Source: a bacterium (GTDB taxonomy: Bacteria > Sysuimicrobiota > Sysuimicrobiia > Sysuimicrobiales > Humicultoraceae). Taken from it: a DNA stretch of 32,887 nt. Of this stretch, positions 8,696-16,331 are shown in pieces (position 1 is the stretch's first letter; the number at the start of each line of letters is the position of its first letter). Under the pieces are notes generated by a model. That model was not told the DNA's origin. It saw only the letters and a program-made list of their open reading frames with translations, and made no database searches. The position numbers and the translations under genes were made by a program. Location of the stretch: contig JBOGSD010000015.1 in the NCBI GenBank assembly GCA_050695215.1, positions 1 to 32,887 of the forward strand, given 5' to 3'.

Positions 8696-10450
8696 ATGAA
8701 GCTGGCAGGAGCGCTGCTCCTGGCGGTGGTGCTGCTCGCATCACCGGGCCGTAGCGCCAACAGTCAAACCTCTCCCGTCCGCGTCATCGTCCACGGCCAG
8801 GAGGTCTCCCTGGCCGCGCCGCCGATTCTGTATGGCGGCGTCCTGATGGTGCCGCTCCCCGGGCTCTTCGAGCCGTTAGGATCCTCCGCGGTGTGGCTGC
8901 CGGACGAGAAGGCCATTCTGATCAGCAACCGCACCCGGACCGTGATCCGGATGCGCATCAACGATCCCTACGCGCACGTCGGGACCGAGCCCCGCCTGTT
9001 GCCGATCGCGCCGGTGCTGCTGCGGGAGATTCCCTTCATTCCCGCCCAGGCGATCTTCAGCCTGCTCGGCGCGTTCGTGCGTTATGAGGAAGAGGAGCGG
9101 GTCCTGCGGGTCAGCGCCATCGTCAGCGCCGTCTCGGTGCAGCGCGCCGGGGGGACCCTCCGGCTGATCGCGCGCGCCAGCGGACCGGTGCGGGCGGAGA
9201 CGCGCCATTTCACGCTCCCCGAGCGGGTCGTCATCGACCTGCGCGACGCCGTGTTCCGGCTGCCCGATCAAGAGATGGCGATCGGGGAAGCCGGGGTCGC
9301 CCGCGTGCGCATCGCCCAATTCCAGGCCAAGCCGGCGATCACGCGGATTGTACTGGACCTGACCCACCCCGTGGACGTCCGGGTGTCCGACTCCGTGAAC
9401 GCCTTCGACCTGACGATGGAGGTGCGTCCGCGCGCGGCCTCCTCCCGCCCCGCCGCGGCCGTCGCTCCCGCGGCGCCGCCGGGTACATCGCCCGCTCCGC
9501 CCGGCGGGACCGATCCCGGCGCCCCGCCCCCACCGGCTCCGCCCCCCGCCGCGGCAGGTGCGGAGTCGTTGAAGATCATGCAGGTGCGGGTCGATCAGGC
9601 CAGCGGCACGACTCGGGTGCTGGTGGAGGGGACCGCGACGATGCAGTACGTCGTCCGGGAACTGGTCGACCCCGACCGCCTGGTTGTGGACATCATGGAG
9701 GCCGTCTTCATCCCGGTGAAGCAGGAGATCCCCGTCAACAGCGCCGTGGTGGAGAACGTCCGCGCCGCGCAGTTCCAGGCCGATCCCGACATCGCCCGCG
9801 TCGTGGTCACGCTGAAACGCAAGGCCGCCTATACGATTACCGCCGACGCCGGGGGCACGGCGCTGGTGATCGCCGTCGCCGACGCGCCGCTGCGCGGCCA
9901 CGTCGTCGTCCTCGATCCAGGGCACGGCGGCAAAGACCCGGGGGCGATCGGGCCGACGGGGTTGATGGAGAAGCACATCACGCTCGACGTCGGCCTGCGC
10001 GTGCGCCGCCTGCTGGTGGAAGATGGGGTGCGCGTGATCATGACGCGGGAGACGGACGTCTACATCGAACTGGCCGACCGGACGCGCCTCGGCAGGGAAC
10101 GCGGCGGCACCGTCTTCGTCAGCCTGCACACCAACGCCAACACGCTGGCCGCCGTCAACGGCTCAGAGACCTACTACCTGACGCCGCTCAGCCTCTCCCT
10201 GGCGCAGATGATCCAGGACGAATTGGCGCGCGCGCTGGGGCTGCCCAGCCGCGGCATCAAGACCGCCAACTTCTTGGTGCTGCGCGAGAACAACGCCATG
10301 CCGTCCGTGCTGGTGGAGGTGGCCTTCATCTCACACCCCCAGGAGGAGGCGCGCCTGCGGGAGGAGACCTTCCGCGAGCGCATCGCCGCCGCCGTCACCC
10401 GCGGGATCACGCGCTTCCTGGCGATCTATCCCGTCCCCGCTGGGCTCTAG
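8696..10450 (+). CDS. Secreted N-acetylmuramoyl-L-alanine amidase (Amidase_3) with an N-terminal copper-amine-oxidase-like 'stalk' domain and two AMIN domains
   Basis: ATG at 8696 is in frame with the tail of the spurious 7361..10450 ORF. Signal peptide MKLAGALLLAVVLLASPG is followed by a Cu_amine_oxidN1-like segment (ILYGGVLMVPL...WLPDEKAILI). Two AMIN-like repeats follow (GTLRLIARASGPV..., GTTRVLVEGTATMQYV...). A Pro/Ala-rich linker precedes the Amidase_3 core (VVVLDPGHGGKDPGA...FVSLHTNA). Confidence 0.85.
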   Translation: MKLAGALLLAVVLLASPGRSANSQTSPVRVIVHGQEVSLAAPPILYGGVLMVPLPGLFEPLGSSAVWLPDEKAILISNRTRTVIRMRINDPYAHVGTEPRLLPIAPVLLREIPFIPAQAIFSLLGAFVRYEEEERVLRVSAIVSAVSVQRAGGTLRLIARASGPVRAETRHFTLPERVVIDLRDAVFRLPDQEMAIGEAGVARVRIAQFQAKPAITRIVLDLTHPVDVRVSDSVNAFDLTMEVRPRAASSRPAAAVAPAAPPGTSPAPPGGTDPGAPPPPAPPPAAAGAESLKIMQVRVDQASGTTRVLVEGTATMQYVVRELVDPDRLVVDIMEAVFIPVKQEIPVNSAVVENVRAAQFQADPDIARVVVTLKRKAAYTITADAGGTALVIAVADAPLRGHVVVLDPGHGGKDPGAIGPTGLMEKHITLDVGLRVRRLLVEDGVRVIMTRETDVYIELADRTRLGRERGGTVFVSLHTNANTLAAVNGSETYYLTPLSLSLAQMIQDELARALGLPSRGIKTANFLVLRENNAMPSVLVEVAFISHPQEEARLREETFRERIAAAVTRGITRFLAIYPVPAGL

Positions 10451-10459
10451 CCGGTTCGC

Positions 10460-11224
10460 GTGCGCCTGACCGTCCTCGGCCGGTGGAGCCCCTACCCTCC
10501 CGCGGCGGGGGCCTGCCCCGGCTATTTGGTCGAGACCGGCGACCAGCTGCTGCTGCTGGACTGCGGTCCGGGCGTGCTGGCCAACCTGCAGCAAGTGGCC
10601 TCCGTCTTCGCCCTCACCGGCGTGGTGATCACGCACCTCCACCCCGATCACGTCCTCGACCTCTTCGCGTTGAAGCAGGCGCTCGAGTTCGGCCGCTTCC
10701 CCGCCAAGGCGCCGCCGCTGCGCTTCTTCGGCCCGCCCGGGGCGGCGGAGATCTTGCCGGCCTGGATGGGCGAAGCCGACCAGGCGTCCTTCCGGGCGCG
10801 GTTTCAGTTCTTCCCCATCCGCGGGGGCACGGCCGCGCGCCTCGGCGCCGTCGTCCTGCGCTTTGGGGAGACCGCGCACTCGCTGCCCTGCTTCGCCGTC
10901 CGCGTGGAGGGGGAGGGAGGCGTCCTGACCTACTCCGCTGATACCGGGCCGTCGGCGGCCGTGGCCACCCTGGCCGAGGGGGCCGACCTGTTCCTCTGCG
11001 AGAACACGCTGCCGCCCGGCGAGGAAGCCCGCGCGGAACTGATGGGCCACCTCTCCGCCGGCCAGGCGGGGCACATGGCGGCCCGCGCGAACGCGCGGCG
11101 GCTCGTGCTCACGCATTTCTTCGCCCCGGCCGGCGACTACGCCGAGGAGGCCGAGCGGGCCGCGGCGAAGGAGTTCGGCGGCCAGGTGGCGATCGCGCGG
11201 GAACTCGACCGGCACGACATCTAA
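10460..11224 (+). CDS. MBL-fold metallo-hydrolase
   Basis: GTG start. HxHxDH motif ITHLHPDHVLDL. C-terminal His in LVLTHFF. Confidence 0.8.
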   Translation: MRLTVLGRWSPYPPAAGACPGYLVETGDQLLLLDCGPGVLANLQQVASVFALTGVVITHLHPDHVLDLFALKQALEFGRFPAKAPPLRFFGPPGAAEILPAWMGEADQASFRARFQFFPIRGGTAARLGAVVLRFGETAHSLPCFAVRVEGEGGVLTYSADTGPSAAVATLAEGADLFLCENTLPPGEEARAELMGHLSAGQAGHMAARANARRLVLTHFFAPAGDYAEEAERAAAKEFGGQVAIARELDRHDI

Positions 11225-11262
11225 CGCGCCACACCTGAGCGTCACCCAGGCGAGGACACGGC

Positions 11263-11997
11263 ATGGACCGCGCCGACGGCCGCCGCCCTGACGAGCTGCG
11301 GCCGATCGCCATCACCCGCAACTTCATCCCCCACGCTGAGGGATCGGTGCTGATCGCCCTCGGCGCCACACGCGTCATCTGCACCGCCACCGTCGAAGAG
11401 CGGGTGCCGCACTGGCTCCGCGGCGCCGGTCAGGGATGGATCAGCGCCGAGTACGGCATGCTGCCGCGGGCCACCACCGAGCGCACGCCGAGAGACGGGG
11501 GGCGGCCCGGAGGTCGGACGCAGGAGATCCAGCGCCTGATCGGCCGTTCGCTGCGAGCGGCGGTGGATCTGCAGAAACTGGGCGACCGCACGATCTGGAT
11601 CGACTGCGACGTGCTGTCCGCCGACGGCGGCACGCGCACCGCGGCGATCACCGGCGCCTTCGTCGCCCTGGTGGACGCCCTGCATCTGTTGCGGCGCACC
11701 GGCGCCCTGAAGTGGTGGCCGCTGCGCGAGTTCCTCGCCGCTACTAGCGTGGGCATCGTGGACGACCAGCTGGTCATGGACCTGGACTTCAAAGAAGATT
11801 CCAGCGCCCGCGTGGACATGAACCTGGTCATGACCGAGTCCGGGCGCCTGGTAGAGATCCAGGGGACGGCAGAGGGGTTGCCCTTCACGCGGCAGGAACT
11901 GCTCACCCTGCTGGCGCTGGCGGAAAAGGGCATCAAGGCGCTCATCGGCGCGCAGAAGACCGCCCTGGCTGACGTCCTCACCGCAATCCCGCGCTGA
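11263..11997 (+). CDS. rph: Ribonuclease PH
   Basis: [35 protein letters not shown]...[19 protein letters not shown] matches RNase PH throughout. An AGGCGAGGA SD lies upstream. Confidence 0.9.
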   Translation: MDRADGRRPDELRPIAITRNFIPHAEGSVLIALGATRVICTATVEERVPHWLRGAGQGWISAEYGMLPRATTERTPRDGGRPGGRTQEIQRLIGRSLRAAVDLQKLGDRTIWIDCDVLSADGGTRTAAITGAFVALVDALHLLRRTGALKWWPLREFLAATSVGIVDDQLVMDLDFKEDSSARVDMNLVMTESGRLVEIQGTAEGLPFTRQELLTLLALAEKGIKALIGAQKTALADVLTAIPR

Positions 11998-12007
11998 CGC
12001 GGTCTCG

Positions 12008-12637
12008 ATGACCACCACCTCTCTGCCGGTCGTCGTGCTGGCGACCCGTAATCCGGGGAAGGTACGCGAACTCTCCGCCCTGCTGGCCGATCTGCCGCTG
12101 GAAGTGAAATCGCTCCTCGATTTCCCCGACATGCCCTCCCTCGTGGAGGAAGGCGCCACCTACGCTGAAAACGCCATCGCCAAAGCCCTCACCGTCAGCC
12201 GCGCCACCGGACAGGAGGCGCTGGCGGACGACTCGGGGATAGAGATCGATGCCCTCGATGGCGCGCCTGGCGTGCATTCCAGCCGCTGGTTGGGCGAGGA
12301 CGCGAGCGACGCCGATCGCAACGCCGCCGTGCTCGAGCGGTTGCGCGGCGTCTCGCCGGACGCTCGGACGGCGCGGTTCCGGGCCGTCGTGGCAATCGCG
12401 CAACCCGACGGCACGGTGCGGACCTTTGAGGGAGTGGTGGAGGGGCGCATCGCCGAGCGTCCCGCCGGCCGAGAGGGGTTTGGCTACGACCCAATCTTCC
12501 TGGTCCAGGGAGAGGGGCGGACGATGGCGGAGTTGGGCTCCCAGATCAAGAACCGCATCAGTCATCGAGCCCGCGCGGTGCGCGCTGCCCGGAGCGTCCT
12601 GGCCGCGTTAGCGGGCGACGATACCCGAAGCGTCTGA
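12008..12637 (+). CDS. rdgB: Non-canonical purine NTP (dITP/XTP) pyrophosphatase RdgB/Ham1
   Basis: VVLATRNPGKVREL...GFGYDPIF signature. The rph-rdgB pairing is conserved. Confidence 0.9.
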   Translation: MTTTSLPVVVLATRNPGKVRELSALLADLPLEVKSLLDFPDMPSLVEEGATYAENAIAKALTVSRATGQEALADDSGIEIDALDGAPGVHSSRWLGEDASDADRNAAVLERLRGVSPDARTARFRAVVAIAQPDGTVRTFEGVVEGRIAERPAGREGFGYDPIFLVQGEGRTMAELGSQIKNRISHRARAVRAARSVLAALAGDDTRSV

Positions 12638-13440
12638 TGCGGCGGTACACCGAGGCCAACCGGGCCGATTGGAACGAGCGGGTGCCGATTCACGTCCGCT
12701 CGGCATTCTACGATGTCGAGGCGTTCAAGGCCGGCAGGTCGACGCTGAACCTCATCGAACGGGGGGAGGTCGGCGATGTCTCCGGGAGGTCGCTCCTCCA
12801 CCTGCAGTGCCACTTTGGCCTGGACACGTTGTCCTGGGCCAGGTTGGGCGCGCGGGCCACGGGCGTCGATTTTTCCGAGAAGGCGATCGCCCTGGCCCGA
12901 ACCCTCAGCGACGAACTGGGCATCTCCGCCGCCTTCATCTGTGCCGATATCTACGACCTGCCGCAGCATCTCAAGGAGACCTTCGATCTCGTCTATACCT
13001 CACGGGGTGTGCTCTGCTGGCTGCCGGACATGCCACGGTGGGCGGAGATCGTCGCGCGCTTTCTGCGTCCGGGCGGCACCTTCTACCTCTTCGAGGACCA
13101 CCCCTTCGCTGGTGTCTTCGAGAATGAGCGAGACACCACAGATCTGAAGCTCGCGTATGGATACTTTCATCGGCCCGATCCCCTCCGCTTCGAGCCGGGC
13201 GGCAGTTACGCTGACCCCACGGCGACGCTCACGACACCGACCTATGAGTGGCAGCACAGCCTTGCCGACGTCCTGAACGCCCTGACCGGGGCCGGACTGC
13301 GGGTCGAGTTCCTCCACGAGTTTCCGATCTGCTCGTGGTCCCGCTTCCCCTTCATGGAACGGAGCGAGGACGGTTGGTGGCGACTGCCCGAGCGCTTTCC
13401 CCCGCTTCCGCTCACGTTCTCCCTCAAGGCTCTCAAGTAG
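12637..13440 (+). CDS. Class I SAM-dependent methyltransferase
   Basis: ATG overlaps the rdgB stop (TGATG). Motif I-like LLHLQCHFGLD. 267 aa. Confidence 0.7.
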   Translation: MRRYTEANRADWNERVPIHVRSAFYDVEAFKAGRSTLNLIERGEVGDVSGRSLLHLQCHFGLDTLSWARLGARATGVDFSEKAIALARTLSDELGISAAFICADIYDLPQHLKETFDLVYTSRGVLCWLPDMPRWAEIVARFLRPGGTFYLFEDHPFAGVFENERDTTDLKLAYGYFHRPDPLRFEPGGSYADPTATLTTPTYEWQHSLADVLNALTGAGLRVEFLHEFPICSWSRFPFMERSEDGWWRLPERFPPLPLTFSLKALK

Positions 13441-13487
13441 CGGTCTTAGGCGGGATCTTCGGACGGCCGGACGGTCCGTACCGAGCA

Positions 13488-16329
13488 CTAGCCCAGCGCG
13501 AGCATCGGCCCGGCGAGGGCCATGCTGACGGCTTCCTCAGGGGCGGCGGTCGCCTCCGCCCAGACCACCGTGAACCGGTTCTCCTCAAAGGCACCGCGGA
13601 TAAGGCTGAACGTCCGGTCGAATTCAGGGCGATCGATCGGCGGCATCGAGGAGCCCATCCGGTCTCGCAGCGCCGTGGCGGCGGCGAGTAGCCGCGCCGC
13701 GGCCTCGTAGCGTTCCCGCGATGCCGCCACCAGACACAGCCGCTCCAGGGACTGCGCGATGCCGAGCGGCTCCCCCAGCTCTCGGAACAGGGTCAGGCCC
13801 TCGCGATGCAAAGCGAGCGCCCGCGCGCTGTTGCCCTCGTGATGCGCAACTCGGCCCAGGATGTTGAGGGCCCGCGCGACCACGGCCTTCTGTCCCGTCT
13901 CCCGGGCGAGGGTTAGGGCTTCGTCGGCCAGGTCGCGCGCGCGCGCCCAGTCGCCCCGATCGCAGGCGATCAGGGCGAGGCTGTTGAGGGACGCCGTGAT
14001 CCCGAACCTGTCCTTGAACCCTCGGGCCAGTGCCAGTCCCTCGGCGCAGAGCGCTTCCGCCCGCTCGAAGTCGCCTCGATTTCGGGCAACCAATCCGAGA
14101 GCATCCACCGCTGTTCGCTCACGCCGCCAGTCACCCACCTGCCGACTCAGCTCCAGGGCCTCGGTGCCAAGCGCATCGGCACGGTCGTAGTCTCCCCGGA
14201 GCCGGGCGACGATGCCGAGCAATTCGATCGGGAACGCTAGCTCGCCCAGCTTCCCCGCCTGCCGCGTCAGGCTCAGGCTCTCTTCCAGCAACGTCTCGGC
14301 CCGCGGATACGCTCCCTGCCGGTAGACCAGGATGGCCAGGAAGTTGAGGGAAGCGCTGATCCAGCCCTGAGCGCCCAATGCTCGAAACAGGGCGAGACCA
14401 CCCTCGAGGTGCGCGATTGCCTGCTGATTGTCCCCCTGATGCCAGGCGAGCACCCCCGCGTAGTATTGGACACGTGCTCGGAGGAATGGGGGCGTCTCCT
14501 CGTCTCCGCCCGCGAGGGAAACCTCGAGCCAGTGACGGCCTTCGCTGAAGTGGTCCCTCCGGTTCCAGAATGGAGCCAGGGCTCCGGCAAGCTGAAGGGT
14601 TATGCTGAGATCGTGCCTCGTCCAGGACCACTGCAGGGCTGCCCGAAGGTTGTCGTGCTCCATATCGAACGCTGAGGTCTGCGTATCAACACCACTCTCG
14701 GCGTCCTCAATGATTGTGCGCCGCGCCTCGGCCCAGGCCAGATAGAAGTCCCGTTGCCGGGAACGCCGAGCGTCGTGCTCCCCGGCTTCCAGCAGCCGGT
14801 CGAGCGCGTACTGGCGCACCGTCTCCAGCAGGAGATAGCGCCCCTCCCCGTTGTGTTCCTCGAATAATACGAGCGATTTGTCGACGAGTCTCGTGAGCAG
14901 GTCTAACACTTGGGCGACGTCGAGATCGGATCCCACGCAGACGGCCTCGGCCGCGTCCAGTGAAAAGCCTCCGGCGAAGACGGCCAGCCGCCGCAGCAGT
15001 GTCCGCTCCGGCTCGGTGAGGAGGTTGTAGCTCCAGTCGAGCGCCGCCCGCAGGGTCTGGTGGTGCGGCAGGGCTCCCCGACCACTCCCGGTCAGCAGGC
15101 GGAAACGGTCGTCCAGCCGGACCGCGATTTGTTCCACGGAGAGAGCCTTAACCCGGGCGGCAGCGAGTTCGATGGCGAGGGGGATCCCGTCCAGGCGGCG
15201 GGCGTTTACTGAAGATCGCTCGTTCATTGAACAACCGTACCGCTTCGAACTGGATCAGCTCCTCCGCCGAGGGGAGGCGCTCGACATCAGGCAGCGACAG
15301 CGGGGGCACGGGGTAGGTCAGTTCTCCGGGGAGGCCAAGAGCTTCCCGACTGGTAGCGAGGATCCGCAGGTGGGGACAGCGGCGAAGCATCGTCGCCGCC
15401 AAGTCGGCGCAGGCGGCGGCCAGATGCTCGCAGTTGTCGAGGATCAAGTGCAGGCTCTTCGGCCGCACGAAATCGCTCACCGTATCGATGAGCGACCGTC
15501 CGCCCTCTTCCCGAACCCCCAGGACCGCGGCGACCGTCTGAGGGATCGGCGCGGGATCCGTCAGTGGTGCGAGTTCGGCCAGCCACGCGCCGTCGGTGAA
15601 TTGTCGAAGCACCTCCGCCACGACCTGGAGCGCCAGTCGGGTCTTGCCCGCTCCTCCTATCCCGGTCAGGGTGACGAGACGGGCGGAGGTGAGAAACTCT
15701 CTGACTTCCCCGATCTCCCGTTCCCGCCCGACAAAGGTGGTGAGCTGGACGGGGAGGTTGTGGGGCCGGGCGTCCAGCGACTGCAGTGGGGGAAACTCGG
15801 CCGGCAGTCCCGGAGCCACGACCTGATAGAGGCGCTGAGAGCGCGCCAGGTCCTTCAGACGGTGCAGCCCGAGATCGAGCAAACGCACGTCCGGCGGGAG
15901 ATCGTCGCGGACCAGCACGGCCGTGCTCTCCGACAGCAGGATCTGACCGCCGTGCGCTACGGCGGAGATGCGCGCAGCCCGATGCACGTCGAGCCCGACA
16001 TAGCCCGTTTCTGCGGTAACGGCCTCTCCGGTATGCAACCCCATGCGCACTCGCAACACGATCCCCTCCGGCCACGGATACGCGGCGAGGGCCCGCTGAG
16101 CGTCGATGGCGGCGAAGACCGCGTCCTTCGCCCGGGGGAAGGTGACGAAGAAGGCGTCTCCCTGCGTGTCCACTTCCTGCCCGTGCCGCTCCTGGAGGGC
16201 CGATCGAATCAACCGGTGGTGCGCCGCCAGAACGTCCGGGTACCCGTCACCGAGTGCCTGCAGGAGTCGCGTCGAGCTTTCAAGATCGGTGAAGAGAAAC
16301 GTGGTCGTGCCGACTGGCTGGGGGAGCAT
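13488..16329 (-). pseudogene. Disrupted paralogue of the nucleotide cyclase - STAND/NB-ARC NTPase - TPR protein (two ORF fragments, 15148..16329 and 13488..15227)
   Basis: Fragment 1 carries the cyclase homology domain (TTTFLFTDLESSTRL, DTQGDAFFVTF) and a P-loop (GIGGAGKTRLALQ ... LILDNCEHL). Fragment 2 carries the helical third domain and ~10 TPR-like repeats. Alignment to the intact upstream paralogue shows a ~50-nt deletion between ...FNERAIFSK and [11 protein letters not shown], which shifts the frame at 15150-15230. Confidence 0.7.
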
Positions 16330-16331
16330 AT

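Noticed and set aside
8876-10129. 417-aa minus-strand ORF
   Set aside because: Antisense to the amidase gene, which has clear domain content. Composition is junk-like.
10331-12159. Minus-strand ORFs 10331..11245 and 11242..12159
   Set aside because: Antisense to the MBL hydrolase and rph, both of which have unmistakable family motifs.
13461-13480. Palindrome CGGAC-G-GTCCG between convergent MTase and STAND fragment
   Set aside because: Only a 4-5 bp stem with no U-tract. Too weak to call a terminator or binding site.
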